A DNA stretch of 64,000 bases from Seison nebaliae (lineage: Eukaryota). The notes under the pieces are model-generated. The model did not search any database. It saw only the letters and a list, made by a program, of their open reading frames with translations, and had not been told where the DNA came from. Where the stretch lies: NCBI GenBank assembly GCA_023231475.1, contig JALJEE010000537.1:1-64000 (forward strand), written 5' to 3'. The translations under genes were made by a program, and so were the position numbers. Of the stretch, positions 27,067 through 43,300 are shown one piece after another. How positions within the stretch are numbered: position 1 is the first letter of the stretch; each line of letters begins with the position of its first letter.

Positions 27067-30000
27067 GAAGAAATCAGTTCTCTTATCGGAATTAAGCTTT
27101 ACCGGAGAAACGAAAATCCATCATATCGTCTTATGTGAAAAGGAGAAAACGATTTTTTATTCAAGATGAATTGTTTTGCCTTTTTTTCCTGATGAATGAA
27201 CACCAAAAATAGCAATCAGTCGTCGAATGGAGTTCCATTGAAAAATTTATTCATAAAATTCTCTTATAATGTTCTCTCCCTAAAGACATGAAGATTCGTT
27301 TCACAAAATGGTCATATTATTACGATTAAGTCGAGATAAGATTCTTACCCTAGGAAAATTTCCAGCTGAACGACGAATGAAACGGAAACATTAATTTAGT
27401 GTGGATGATTTGAAGCATGTAACTTCATAATCGATTTGAATGAGACGATGTGTTTTTTTTTACTTTTATCTTTTTTTTTGAAAAGGAAAAACGATTCTCT
27501 TTAATAAATATTCCTGGTGAATTGGCATTAGTTGTGATAATCGAGTATCATATGACAAAATAAATGTGGTCGTTGTCTTATCAGCTCGAAGATATTGAAA
27601 AGGTAAAGAAATGATAAATAGAAAGAAATGGTTGGAAAGAATATTTACATAAAGAATTAGAATTAATAGAAAACTGAATGAATTGGAGAAACTTATTTTT
27701 CGAATCTTATTTGCACGAGAGGATTGTCTTTACTTCCTAGTCCACTAATTGTTAGTAGACTTTCCTAACGATATTCTCTTAATATGGAGACTAATCATTA
27801 ACGATAGGCAACTTAGTTAGATTATAAGTCGATCATATCTAATTCCTTTCTTCTAATCATCTCACCACCACAAGAGACCTGTTCTGATTACATTGACTCC
27901 AAAGAAAGGTAGGTAGAAATTTGTGCATTCGTCTGAATGAAGAACAATGTCAGATAATTATATTGAGAATGTTCGATTCATTTTTTGTTCTTGGAAGTCA
28001 CACGGAAAAAAGGAGGAAAATGATAAGGGGAAAGGTGATAAATATAATTGTTATAAATGTGAAATGTCGAGGTTATAGTGGAGAGAGGGAATATAATAGG
28101 AGTAATAATTATTGCTATTACTTCATTTGAAGTAAAATGGAGGAGTAACTAACTAGTAGTCCTCGAAAAAAATATCAGCAGATGTAGATTAGAAAGGAAG
28201 AATTTGAGGAGGAACTCTAGTACTTTGTGCGAAGTATTGGTATCAAGTACCACCTATATTTCTACCGCTTCTTTCGTTACATGATATGTGCTCAGAATTT
28301 ATTGTATAATGAGAAAGATCATGGAAATAATAAGAATTACACTATATAGAATGATTATATGTTTCCAGTCAGTTATCTACTCATCCATCCATGGAACTCG
28401 AGTTGACTATTGCCTTGTGTAAAGATAATTATTTGTGTTTGTGCAGTGTGTGTGCAGAGAATGTGCAGAAAATGTTTGGTGATTATTATAAAGAAATTTC
28501 ATTCACTCACTCCTTCGATCTATCTATGTCGGTATCTTTATGTTAATATTGATGATTGGGAAGATATGAAATAATAGAAAGTTCGTCCGACTATCTATAT
28601 ATTGATTTGTTGATAAGGAAATGTAAGGAAATTCCACTTTGTGTATCGTATTGACGAATGCATATCGACATTATCAGAAGAAATGCATATTTTTCGATTG
28701 GAATAATAAGAATCGTAATAATTCTTTTCGAATAACTGGAATGCAAATATTAATAATAATAATGACAACAATAACAACAATGATTGTCAGTAACTTCTTC
28801 CTAATATCAATGCACTTATTGCTTGATACTTATCAACCTTCTTACTTCATCTCACAAATTATATATTTCCTTCCTACCTTTCCATTTAACTGATTTTGAT
28901 CGATTCTTCTTTTATCAAATTACACCTCCACAATCCATGGAAATCTATTGAAAGCATCTCGTCAAATTATCTAGTTGGAATTTCCAGTCCCACTCAGTTG
29001 ACCAGGAAGATCATGCTCAAATTTCTAACAGAATCAAATATGATCAATATAATTTCGTGCAATACAAGTAATTCGTCGGAGAAGACAATTCATAAAATTT
29101 ATTAATAACTTCCATTACGCGGACATCTGATGTGATTAGTTCTTGTGCACTGAATCGGTGCACATGTACAATACGTAACTCATATGGGCAGAAGGCGATA
29201 TGTTATTGATTGATTGATAAATAGAGTCGATTGGAACTTCATGTTTTTTTATTAAAAGAAAAGAATGTTTATAGGAAGGAGGAAAAAGTGCCGTGGGGTA
29301 TTCTACGAACTAACTGTGCCAACTGCACAAACCGTCAAGTTACAATTAGTGGGAGTTATTGTTCAATTTATGATGTTTTCGGATGATTTATCTGAAAAGA
29401 AAAATATGAAATGAGATAAATCGAAGAACTAATTATAAATATATCTATCTAGAAGAAGATTCTTTTTTCTCCGCACACAATATCTTCATTCAAACCATTT
29501 CTTACTCATATCGGAAAGGAATTTCATCAACCGGATATATCAGATGTTGTTCCTCAATCCGAATTCAATTATCTCAATCTCTTCCATATACGGTTGTCGC
29601 TGCGATTTAATTCGGTGAAGAAAAGAAATATGAATGAGAAATTTTTGAGGAATTGTTTATGAATGGTCATATTGATCAGCATTGGATCGATTCGTAATAT
29701 TAATCGATTATCAACAGAATAGGAAGTTAATTTACTTAAACTAACGTTCAGAAGAATTGTTCGGTTAAATCAATATTTGTCTATGATTATTCGAACAATC
29801 CTGGAAGGTGGACATACGCACAAATGAATTGTTGGGGAACTGTAAAACTTTTACAAATTCAGTTGAGAAGAATTCCAATATGCATATTCAAGAGCATCAG
29901 AATAAAAAATTAATCTTTCTTCTTTTTCAAATCGTTCCGTTCGTTGAATACAGATGAGCATATCATATGCACAAATGTATACCTCCCAACTCCACCACTT

Positions 30001-30835
30001 CATTCGTCCTACACAACATGGACATGTGATGATGATGATGATGATGATGGTATTCCATCAGAATTATTTTATTCGTATAAATTATTTGAATGAATTCATC
30101 AGTTCTCCTCCTTTGCACATCTCTCCCATCTCAATTATGTGTGTGTGTGTGGGTGAGTGTGTGGAGAAAGCAGTTTTTTTATTCGATGCACATGAACAAT
30201 TACAGAATATGTAACTATATGAACAATAGTTCGTTTGATTGCATTTTCTATAATTGTCCGACGATAAATTTGCATGTCAACCAAACTTTCAATTAGGGAA
30301 ACATTCACACATTCCCACCCAATTCCAATGCATCTGATTAATCGTTATAAGATGTAAGTTTTGATGTTGACAACTGGAATGATTTGGTGGAGAATGTTAA
30401 TCTTTCTATGACGGAAATGAACAAACGTCTAAAACAGCATTCCTATAAAACATTTTCTCGTCTCAGCCAGATGTAGTAGGAATGATTCGACGATTATTAT
30501 GATTTATTATCTTCTCCAATTTATTGTTCACCATCAAGTAACCATCAAATAAATAGCGCCCGTTTCCCCTTCCATTAGTCGAACAGGAAATTTATGAATA
30601 TTCTCCCCATTTACCTTGTTCGTTCTATAATAATCATAAAATTTCAACGTTTCTTTTTCATCCTACAAATGTTCATTCCAATTTGCCACTTAATCGCAGT
30701 TAATATCGAGTGAATTGGTTGAATGAATTTGTAATTAGAAATCAATTGGAACAAATGTAAGAATAATATCGATGTATCATTTCATAAAGGACTTCTTCAT
30801 TCACACTTCAATTCTATCTCAACATCGAGTATGAA

Positions 30836-33800
30836 ATGACTAATTCCTTAAAACACAATACCAAAGAAGTATGGCTACCAGTTCTTTGTTCCGAAGTTCA
30901 ACAATCTAAAAAATTGACATCTTATAAAATCAACATTTTCAATAAACTTTTGCTCAATATCTTCCTTTCAGTTAGTTCGATTTATTATAATTCATTATAT
31001 ATCGATTAATAATACAAATTAAAATTTAAAAAATTTTTTATTCAAATTAAATTTTTTCATATTTTTATAGTCGAAAGAATATGGCGTTACATTGTTCTCA
31101 ACAATTTGTAACATTTTCGATTTATTGGAAACCGATTATTTTGGACTATCATACATCAACGATAACATAGTTGTTCGATTTCTTTCTATAAAATTTTCAT
31201 TTTTTCTAAATTTGTTTCTATTCAGCATTGGATTGAATCCGAGAAATTGTTGATGGATCATAATATTCCAAAGAATTGTATCATCCAATTTTCCGTCCGT
31301 TTCTATCCAGCCGATCCTGGACAACTGGAAGAAGATTTGACTCGGTATAATTTTTTTATGCAAACTTGACTAATATTAATTTAATTCAACAATTTTTAAT
31401 TGAATCAGATTCTTTTTCGGTTTACAAATTCAATTAGATCTGCGCAATGGTGATTTATCCTGTTCGGATAATACTGCCGCATTGTTGATCTCATATTTGC
31501 TCCAAGGTTTTTTTCTGTCAATCATTCCATCTTTAATTTCATCCGTCATAAAATTGTCGTTCCCTTGTCATCTGATAGCTGAGTTGGGCGATTACGATGA
31601 AAAGAACGAAGTCAAATATAAGCAATGTCTGGAACAGTTAATTGAAAACAATAATTTGGAGAAGACGAATATTGCTCAAAGTAGTTATCGAATTATCGAA
31701 TATTATCATTCACATAAGTTTTATTCCATTCCTTATTCCATTCTAATCATTCAATTCCAGAGGACAGACATCTGATGATGCTGATTTGAATCTGTTAGAT
31801 ATTGCGAGAAAGATCGATGTTTATGGACTGAAATTCTACAGCTCAAAAGTTTCCATTTCTAAATTGTTGTTCGTAAAGTTTCTTATTTCCATACGAATTC
31901 TATTTATTATCAGGATTCGAATGGAATACCATTATCATTAGCTGTTTCACATGCCGGTGTCCTTATCTTCCAATGCCACACAAAAATTAATACATTCTCT
32001 TGGGCAAAGATCGGTAAATTATGTTTCAAACATAAGAGATTCATCATTCGAATGAAATGTGATTCATCCTCTACATCTGTTACTTTTTTTCTAATAATTT
32101 ATGTTAATGAAATCTCCTCACAGAAAAAATATGAGTCTGCCGAATTCCTTTTTCAAAAACGAGACGAAGCTAAATGTTTTTGGAAACGTTGCATTGAACA
32201 TCATTCCTTTTTTCGCTGCTTCACCATCTTCAACAACAACCAATTGACGAATACTCATGAAATAATTAAATTATCTTTCAAGAACACCTTCTTGAACAAA
32301 CAGAACAAATCGAAATATAAGTTTAATTTATTATCGAACCGATTCGTATTTTTCACTTCGACAGGTATTGGGGTCGTACACAGAAAGAATTGATGGAATA
32401 TTCCCGCACCAAATCCATCACAAGACGAAGTGACGAAACTCTAAAAAATCTTCGAGAGATTTTCACTTTACAGAAAACTTTGTCTTATGCAATTTATCTG
32501 AAAGACAAAAATTGTTTTACAAGTTCCGACAAAATCCTCAATGTCTCTCACATCAACATGAATGAATGTGGTGGTAAGAAACCGGTTCCAAGAATGAAAA
32601 GTGACATATCCAATTCGATAGATAAGTCAGTAATTTTTGTGTTTCATTCAAAAATCGAACGTTATTCCAATTATAGTTCTCTTGGAAAGGAGATGAATGA
32701 AGAGATTCCAATTACAAGAAAAACTTTTTCCACGACAGAAGGAATCATCGATATGGAAAGATTAGGATGTTCGACATTCGGTTCTCGAACATTGGACAGT
32801 TGCAATAAAACCAATTCGATTGATCAATCATCAACCACTTCGTCTTTATCGAAAGAGGATGAAAATGAATGTGTATTGATGGATAACGGTTTGTTCTATT
32901 TTCTATTTAATTTATTACAAAATTTCAAATGAAATATTTACAAATTACAAAATGAGAGAATGGAATAATATTTGAACTTTGATGAGAAGTTATGAACAAA
33001 GTAGAATTAATTATGTATTATATTTAATTAAATGGGAATTACTTAATAATATTATCTTTCCATTCGTTATTATGCGAAATGTACAAATTACTGCCGTGCA
33101 TATTAAGTAGGGGAAAGATATTGTGTTAATTAGATTGATCATTGGATATGAAGTAGGAATGACTTATTAGGAGTTTCATCCTGATGGGGAAAAATGTATG
33201 TGACCTTGTCGGATGGAACAGAAATATTATTTCTTTCCGAAAACATATCAACCCAATCCATGAATGTATTAAGTTAGTGAAACAAAATAATTGAAGAAGA
33301 TGGAAGATAATCAGCATTCTATTCATTCATTTCCTATATGAATTACATTTGAAAATCGATTTTCATTCCCTTCCTTCTTACACATCACTAATTCTCATCG
33401 AAATCATGCGGTGTCACTCGTTTCACGTAACGTCATTCATTCGAACATTATAAGAGATTGTTGGATCACCGATCGATAATAGAGTGATAGAATAATGCCA
33501 AATTATCACCAGGAAACTTCTTCGGATTCGATTAGAACTGTTTACCGAATAATTGACAGCGATAGCAACGTATTATCTTACGAATATATAATAACAACAT
33601 TCCAAACTACATTTGACATCACTGAAACGACTGACACATGTGAAACATCGGATCGTTATAGCATTCCCTTAATCGATAACATAGTTAGAGGTAAAAAGGA
33701 AATTGAAGATAATGGTATTGTTAATGGAGATGGAAGTCGAACGAGTTACAGATGTGCAAACAATCTGCACATTCCAAATAATAGTAATTCCAATAACGAT

Positions 33801-36800
33801 ACAAAGAGGATTGAGGCACCAAATGGGAAATTGATCTCAGCTAAAAAGTCGAGAGATGTGCAATATGAAAAAATATCGACCAATATCGAACAGCCCGCTT
33901 ATCACAATTTGACGAATGCTACATCGCATACTAATGACATATCATATATTGATGATGATGATGACGATAATGATTTGAAAGTGGAATTGGCATGATCAAA
34001 CTTATAATTTCATCCCTCTCAATTTTATATATTCAAGATCATTCATCGTCCAAAAAATGATTTCTCAAGTGATTCCATAATGACGGACGATATTAAAATT
34101 GTGCAGAATTTCTCATCGCAAATAAAATCATTAATTTCTCTTTCACAACTCTCATCAACTTAAACTATTCACCATCATAACTACTTTCCCACTGACTCCA
34201 CGTTAATGTATTCCAAATACATTCTCCTGAAGTCTCATCTCAAAATTGTGGTGTAGTTTCCAATTGTAAATTAATATTCTCCAAACCAACAGAGCAGTAA
34301 CTGGAGTAATAATAAAAAATTTTATAGTCCAATTTTCTTATGAATTTTCTAATATATATATTTATATCGATATTCTATCGATGATGATAATATGCGAATC
34401 CATTTCTTTCCCCATACAACTCGTTATTAATCGTTTTTTTCACCATAAAGAAAAAACGGATGTAATAATTGAATAACTACATAACAATAGTTTCTGTTCA
34501 TTTATTTTCTTCGTTAATTTCCTCCTTATTATAGTTTCATTCGATATCTGTGCACTGAATGTGCACTTATAAGAATACACGTATTTTTCTCTTACGTATT
34601 TGTGAATAGGTACCAAAGAATTTCCAGCGGATGTTCTTCCCCTCCTCATCATAAAAGTTAATAATGAAGAAATAGTTTGGGAAGAAGAAAGGGAAATTCG
34701 CCAGAATCGAGAACAATATCTTTCATCTTTATTGAATACATGCCAGTGAGCAACGGTTATTGTGAGCTAATGGCTATTTATAATGCATTGAACTGTCTTC
34801 TTTTATGAATTATTCTTCGCTGTTCCAGATGTAGTTTCATTAGTATTCATCACATTTCACCACTCAATGAATTATCGGTCAATACATCATTAGAATTTCA
34901 ATCAATGTTGAAGGAACGAACATTCCCCTCCCAACATTAATTCAAAACGACATTAGAATGATAATAAATCTTTCTCAATCATTTCTTGTAGTTAATTGGA
35001 TTGTTAAACGACGACAACGAATCGCTTATTCTTCAACAATGAGATTTATGTCTGCTCATTTGTTAATTTAGAAGCAGATTCATCGTCTTCATTTTCAATT
35101 AAATATTCATCTTTACTACCCAAACTAGCCATCTGTCCGACAATAATTTTCTTCTAGTACTGTCATATACAATCAGTTCATATGTCCTCCATTACTTATG
35201 TTAATTCTTCCCGCAAAACATACTTCAATCCACTCGCTCATTTCAGAACTATGTCACTCGACAACTTTCTCCTTCCAAATTTTTGAATACATTCCCATCA
35301 TTATTATTTTCATGAATCTCATAGCATTAATGATAGTGTGTCGAAAAATTATGTTCTTGAAATATTTCTCTCATATTCACTTCTAATTATTCGACTGATT
35401 TATTGGAAAAATTCCATTAAAATTCCTGATAATTTTCTTTTGGAGTAGTATCTTAACAATTCTTATCGAAAATCGTCGCCATCATTACGATTAGGTTAAA
35501 GAGTGATTCATTTAAAAGGTGCATAAATTTGTCATTGTCTTCCTCTCATCATCGATTTGCTGTTCCATCTCACCTTCCTCACTTCAACGAAGGGAAACTG
35601 TAGGAAATCTTTTTGAATTACTTCCTTAAACCGAATGGACAATCACACGCGAAAATTCGGATTTTTGTTTGATAAAGAAAACAATCTTACGTCTATAATA
35701 ACAACAGAACATAAACTTCCATTCATCACGGAAGTTAACGATGACATGAGGCTGCCAGGAACAGAATGATTGTAGCAAATTTACAAATGATTGTTTGTTT
35801 CTTACACCGAATTATATTGTGTGGCCGGGAGAGCAAGTCCTATGTGTATGGTGGCCCAGTTACTGAGGAATTATTGGTTAGCAAACACAAATTGCGGAGG
35901 GTTCTTCTACAGTGACTCCGAAATGTTTTAAATAATTTCTATTTGATGTTCTTTCTATACACACACACACACACACACTCATACACATACAGCACACTGA
36001 GACACACACCGACAATTCCATTCACATGTTACGTAAAGGTTTTCCTTATTTCGTTCCTTCTTATTTTGTAGTAAATTGGGAAGCCGTTCTAATTATTTGT
36101 ACCTTCTCACCACATGTGTTTGGGAAGAATTTAACAGTATTACAAGATTCTTATTAGAGCACAATACAGGAAATATGATGGAACATATTCTCATCAATTA
36201 TTTCACTTTCCTTCCCTGAGATTCATACATTCCAAATACCTACTACTTTACCTAATGCACAATGGTTTTTAGAGAATTAAATAATAGTTTCCTACAACCA
36301 AATAGAGTCGTGCTTTATCTTTCTTTCCATCCTGACGGAAATTTGGGGGATTAAATGAACAGATACATTTGTCTAATAAGCGACTGTAGTAATAATGATT
36401 TTCTTTATTAATGTTTTTGGATGAGCAGCATTTAAGTTATCGCCAATAATCAGTCGATGTCGAGGGAGAGGAGGAAAGATGGAAAGAAGAAGTTCATGTA
36501 GAATGTTTTCTAATACAGGGCATCGCACAACATCTGAACATAATGTGTATTCATGTTTTTCTCAAATTGAACTTAAACATGAAATATTGGAAATTAATTA
36601 TTTTTTTCAAAGAATCCAACTCGAATACGTAAAGCATAAACATGGTAGCTGATTGTGATAGAAATGGAAGAATTATGTGGAACTCATTTACTGTTCCAAC
36701 TTCCGGCCACTACATACTAATAGAAAAATTTCCGTTAAGTAATTGGTAAGAAGTTTAGCATGTCGAATTCTTTGTTGTTTTCGAGACGAACTTTCCTCCT

Positions 36801-39800
36801 TCTAATTTTCTAATGATATTCCTTAGCAATTTACTCTCGTTAGTCTATTATCTTCTCAGGGACATAAATTCCATACGTATTTATGAATACACATGACCTA
36901 ATGATAGGTTTAATGAAATTTTCCAGATGATTTCTCTTTCAATTCAGTTAACTGAATGATGTTATTCCATTAAATTATCTAATTCTTTTTCAACATTCCC
37001 ATTCTCATTTAATGAACTTCCATTGTTTGCAATCGGTTTCAAATGGAAGATGAAAAGGAAATGTAACATTTAACATCAAGGCGAAGAAGTTGGTATGATA
37101 AAAGTATGCACGATATCTAACTACCTATAAAGTCATAAAAAATATTGACTGTTACGTATATTCCCTAAATTATTCCGATGGGTTTCCATTGTGTTGTATG
37201 TGAGAGATTCACACTCCTTCTACACATCAACATGGAAGTGTAAAGATTCGTTATTTTTTTGTGAGATGGAAGAAAGGAGAATTTAAGTGTGTATATTGTT
37301 TATCGTGACGTCTTCCCGTTTATGCAGTGTTTATGCACTTTAATCTTTTTTCCATCATTCTTTATTTCTTTATTATTATTTCTTTTTCTTTAGTTCGATG
37401 ATTTGGAGCATTGTTCCGCTATACGACAAGCAGTTGCCAAATATTACACTTATTAATGTAATGTGATAAATAAATTGGCTATGTATTTCTACTGTCAGTC
37501 AGTCAGTCATTCAGTTAGTGATGCCACTATACATACATATATATATATCTTAGCAATATATTCTGAAATGATGATGATGGTGATGGTGGCGGTGGTTGGG
37601 AATGAAGTTTGGGAGAATTGGTCTGTTACTTCCATGTACATGTGTAGTTTGTAATTAATTGTATTCTTATATAACTCATATGAGACATATGATAGAGAAT
37701 GTAAGAGAATGAATCGACTAAACTCACAGAAGAATAATACGAAGAAATAAAATGAATAATTTATCGATAGTCGACTGCTGTTTGTGCACTATATGTGCAC
37801 CGACTATACATGGCGGCCTATCTTCCTTCCATGAATAATATATTTTTGGTGCATCTCTCTTAATATAATAAATTACAACAATAGTTATTGTGATAAGATT
37901 AGTATATTAAATGAATTCTTCGAATTCTTTCCACCATGTACACTGGATGATCTAATAATAATCTCTCCCTCTTTCCATTCGCATGATTATTGAAAGATGA
38001 ACGAACAAACGTGTTCACGAATACAATGATGTGTTTATGTAGAAATCATTTCTCCATTATCAATAACTTATCATCTCACTTATTTTCGGATTTAATTTTC
38101 GGATGAATTCAATTCCTCATTATTTATCTTACATGATCATTGTGATTTTCTCCTTAAAATATCAACCTAAAAGAAGAATTCTCAATCTATGTCTTCTTAC
38201 GTTTTCTTCTTATTGATAATCGAGAATCGAATAATACATCTGCCATACATGTCTCTCCTAACGTAATATTCGGCATATCAAGGCAATATATTGGGAAGCG
38301 TACATCGGCATCTGTTGGTAAGAGAATATTCGCGTAGCACTCCCATTATATCAATCTTCATTTCTCCGACTTATTCCAATACATCTCCTCTATTAAATTT
38401 CCCGTTTCGTTCATTAAATCGCATTAGATTCGATGAGAATTCAATTTGGAGAACAATAATCACCCGTATCAATAGCTGAACCTTCGTCATGCAATGTCCC
38501 CATTAACGATTCCCACCTTTGTTCTCGATGGAAATAGTTCCATAAATGACCTTGAGTTATTCCACCAAATCATATTGGAAACAGAGGAAAAATCTTATGT
38601 AATTAGTAGCCAACGAAAAGCAAATTTCATCGTTGACAATTTCCCTTCGAAAAAAAACTTTACCTCTTAATGTTAGACTCGTATGTGCTGAAATTCCTTT
38701 TAAAAATCATTTATTGTGAATTTATGAAAGATACTCGAAATCATTAGTCATAAAATATTATACTAAATTATTTATTTAATTCTTTTATCGTCCTGTCCCC
38801 GTTCCCAACGATAATATGTTTCCTTGAAATAAAACTCGTTAAGAAATCATCTCTCACTTTTCTATCAATAATTTCACACTATTTCAATTTATATCCACAA
38901 TTGTATTCTCATCAGAATTAAACTATTTAGATTTAACTCAATTCTATTTAGTGATAATTTTTAAAAAATTATTACTTATTTTTCAAAAATTGATAATATT
39001 TTGTTTGATAAAATTTATAGAATTTTCATCGCAACATAATTTCATTTCTGAAGAAAAGTAAATTTTTTTCGAAGTTTCCTTTAAGTATGTGAGAAGAGAA
39101 AGGTGAGGAGAAAGTATCAAGTTCGAAATTGCGAAGATATGTGTTGAAAGAGTATCGGTTTAATTCGATCTTCAAATTAGTTTATGTAATTATCAATAAT
39201 AATTGAATTATTCAACATTAAGACAAATATTGATTTATCCTTATTTACTCTATTCTAATCAATGCTTATTATTAAGTTATATACAGAAGAAAGTAAATAT
39301 GTCATGTTTGGAGAATGAAGAGAAATTCTTTTTATTCTTATTTCCGATTGTTTGATTGTCGACGATTTTTCTGAAGACAACCAATTCATTTACTCCTTGT
39401 CTCCATTTTCTTTCTAATGATTTTTCTCATAAATTTTTTATAGAAAAAGATTGCGAGAACCAATTAGCGAACTGGTCGGATAATCAGCGAAATATCGTCG
39501 ACCGTCAATTAGAAGATGATGACTTCCATTTGAACGATCATTTATCGAGAAATGCACATGACGAACTGAAAAACAGAATCGAATTCGAATATCGACAACA
39601 ACCGGAACAGAAGGAAATCGAACGTTTTCAGTATTGCGAGCCCATTGATCAACAACAACAATTAATTAAGAGAAATAATCGTTACGAGAATAATCAATTT
39701 TATTCATGTCATTCAACCGATGCTCTTGTCAAATCAGGCAACCAACTTAATCATTATCAATCATATTGTCATCCATCAAATGAGATTGTTTCTTGTAAAT

Positions 39801-40333
39801 CGTCAAATACTTTAGACTATAAGAAATATGAATGTTTAACTCAACCGAATCTCTTCCAGAATGGGTATCATACATGTCCAAAAGACGAGAAGATCATCAA
39901 ACTGATTTCACCCGATTCGAATCGACCGAAAAAATCGTTTGAAATTATTAATGATCGAAAAGTCAATTTCGATTATTTGACTAATTTGAGAAGTGTCATC
40001 AGTACTGATAGTAATACATCGATCTGTGATAATTTATCGAAACCTGAAGTGTTCGCCGAAACATCTCATCCATTCAATTCTGGACACGATCAACGGAAAT
40101 TGAATGAATTAAGTTTATTCAGCTCATTAAAAGATTATAAAGAGAACAAAACTAAAGACATCGACGTCGAAGGTGAAGAGATTCATTACAATTTCGAATA
40201 TACACATTCATTTCCTGTACTTGATCGTTGTCAATCGCAAGCGACTTCCATGTATCAGAAATCAAATCATGTAACATCTCCTCCAAACCAACGAGGACGA
40301 GATACATATTATGAACAACATATGCAACATCGC

Positions 40334-40364
<31 letters not shown>

Positions 40365-43300
40365 AACAATATAAGGGTCATTCACAGAAAGTGCAATCAT
40401 ATCAGCCCCTACACAACAGTTATGGTTACCAAATGAAAAATGAGAAGTCTCATCAAGAAATTCATTCGGAGGAATATAATCAAATAAATTCCTCGAAGAA
40501 ATATTATCCGAATGGGAAAACATCGTCGTCATCATCGCATTATAATGAAAATTCAAATATTCCATCGACGTTCAAAGATAATGAGAATAATTTTGCTTGT
40601 TCTTATGTAACACCGTCGTCGCAACAACAAGATCGATTACACCAACCAAAATCACAACAACCATCAACATTCGCTTCCACATCGAAGTATGATAAACAGA
40701 AACAATTATCTTCCACTAAACAATTTCATAAACAACAACAACAACAACAATTCCAATCGACTAATATTCAACCACCACCACAACAACAAGCACAACATTT
40801 TGATCATCAGAAACGATCGGCACATAACCAATTAGAAGCGCAACAATATCAACAATGTTATCAGCAACCATATGATCTGCCATCATATCATCCATATACA
40901 CCGACCAATACGAAAGTCTCTCAACATCGTCGATCGAAATCACATTATCAAGAGAATAAGAATAGTCCTCGTATAATTAACGATCTACATCAACAGCGAC
41001 CGACTAATGGAATGATGGAACAAATGGAGATGAATTACCAGACTCATCAATCACATGCCTCTCCATCAACTCATCCATATCAAATGGACATGTCCACCAA
41101 ACTCAATGGAGATAAGAGTAACGTCGTTCATTTGACTGAACAGTTCTCTGAAAATCGACCCATTAACACTTCCACTTGTTCTCACACATTCTATCCAGAA
41201 CCATTAGAAATGAACGATCAAATTCCTTATCACATTACTCAAACGAACAACAATAACAACAACAACAACAACAATTCTTATTCCATTCATTCTTCCGCAC
41301 AACACGAATGTCGTTTCATCAAGGAGAACGATATCTCACACTATACAATGTATCCTCCACAATATTCACAGAATATTCAATCAGAAGATTCTTATTATCA
41401 TAATTTTCAACCATCAACATCATGTCTCCATCAATCACGACAGAAAACAAGAACAACAACAACCACCAACAATGATTCTCCGACGATAATGAATACGCCA
41501 GGTAGTCGACCGGAAGCTCGAAGTTTACCACGCATTAATCCAAATGTGCGACTAAATTCATCGATCAATACTCCCGCCACACCTCAATCAACAAACGTCA
41601 CCCCGAGAATTCAAAAATCGAAAGATTCGATTCATGTACAAAACATGTTCCAGATTGCCAAAGAATTATTATTCACCGAACGGACATATGTCCGAGATCT
41701 CAATATTATTTGTCAACGATTACCAGAAATAATTCAAACGATTCTTGATGATAATCGCGACGAATTGCCATTACCGTTCATGACCGAAAATATGAATTGT
41801 ACGAACGACCTCCCAAAAGTCCACAGTAAATCGAACGGTTTCGATGAAGATAATTTCAATCAAGACAATTCCATAAGAAATTCATTAATCGATAAACAAT
41901 ATCGTCCATCCGAATTCACCACATTCGAATTGGCGTTACAGACGTGTGAAGCCGTCGTCGGAAAGATGAGATTCAACGCCATTCAACGATTGTTATCTCA
42001 TCATCAAATATTCCTTCGAGATATTGAGCAACGTCTCTTGTTATGGGAGGGACGATTACACACCATTACCATCGCTAATCATCGTCGAATTGGCGATCTC
42101 ATCCTCAATATGGTCACGAGAACGCTACACGACTATCAATTATTTATATTCGGTGATCAAACTAATCCAACTACTCCACTCAATTCCATTAACACGAGCA
42201 ACAACAACAACAATCATGAAGAGAATGATATTTGTAATCGTGCGTTGTTGAATTATCGGAGTTTATTGAATAGTTCCAATGACATTCGGAAGAAATTCAA
42301 TAAATTATTGGAAAGAATAGAAAAGAATGATGATGAAGTATCGGAGGATGTTGAGGAGAATCGATCGACATGTTTGTCTTATCTCGGTCTAATCGGCATC
42401 GAACGATTACAATTAACGAAACAATGTTATACGTCATTCTACAGTCTGATGTTAAGACCGATGCAACGATTATTTCATTATCAATTACTACTCAATAGTT
42501 AATTTGAGTTATTTCAATTTCTATAAATAGTTTTCCTTTTTTTTCAGAATTAGCAGATACGCCGAATAATGAGAATGAAGCGATTATGGATGAATGGGAC
42601 GATTGTAAATTGTCTTTAAAACGTCTCACTGATTTCACATCCAAATTCCTCCCCGTCATCAATAAGATGGTTTTTAAATTTTTCATTTTAATTTTTAATT
42701 AATTCAATAAATGTTTGCAGGTAAATTCTTATAAACTTTTCGAAATCGATCAAGAAATTCCCGATTCATCCGGAATTTATGACGATAACAGACAATTCAT
42801 TCGACAAGGTTGTTTGGAAAAATTAACTCGAAATGGATTTCAACAAAAATTGGTAATTTTAGTTAGACATTTTTTGAAAAAAAAATTGAAATATTTTTTC
42901 TCAGTTATCTGATTGTATATTGACTTGTACGAGAACGATACAAAGCCCGAATGATAAGAAGAATGAAACCACATCAAATTTGGCGTCATCTTCCTTATCA
43001 TTGACAACGACCGCCACTAATCAGACTAATAATGTGACGAGTGATAATAAAGAGAAGAATATCCAAAGGCGTATGAGTTCCGGTTCGAACATTATGTCAA
43101 ATGTGAATAAAAATAAGAAATTGACATATACTTCCAACTCGTCGACGTCGCTTCATAGTCAAACATATTCGTGGGAACAGATCGCTAATTTCCTGTCGGC
43201 TCTCCACAAAAACATTCAACCATATCTCAAATTGAGAATTTCCAGTTATTTACCGTTATCTTGTGTGGTTGAAGTGAAGTCCATACCGCCATGTTCCTTC

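Noticed and set aside
26100..30830. Short ORFs between ETFB and FARP
   Set aside because: No homology cues and several are microsatellite-derived; probably UTR or regulatory sequence.
35815..35925. Locally GC-richer patch in the FARP intron as a possible ncRNA
   Set aside because: No tRNA, snRNA, snoRNA box or miRNA hairpin pattern could be recognised by eye.
39356..39443. N-terminal extension of the 1048-aa ORF as an independent gene start
   Set aside because: It begins at TTG in pyrimidine-rich intron-like sequence ending in a TAG acceptor that matches the FARP donor phase.
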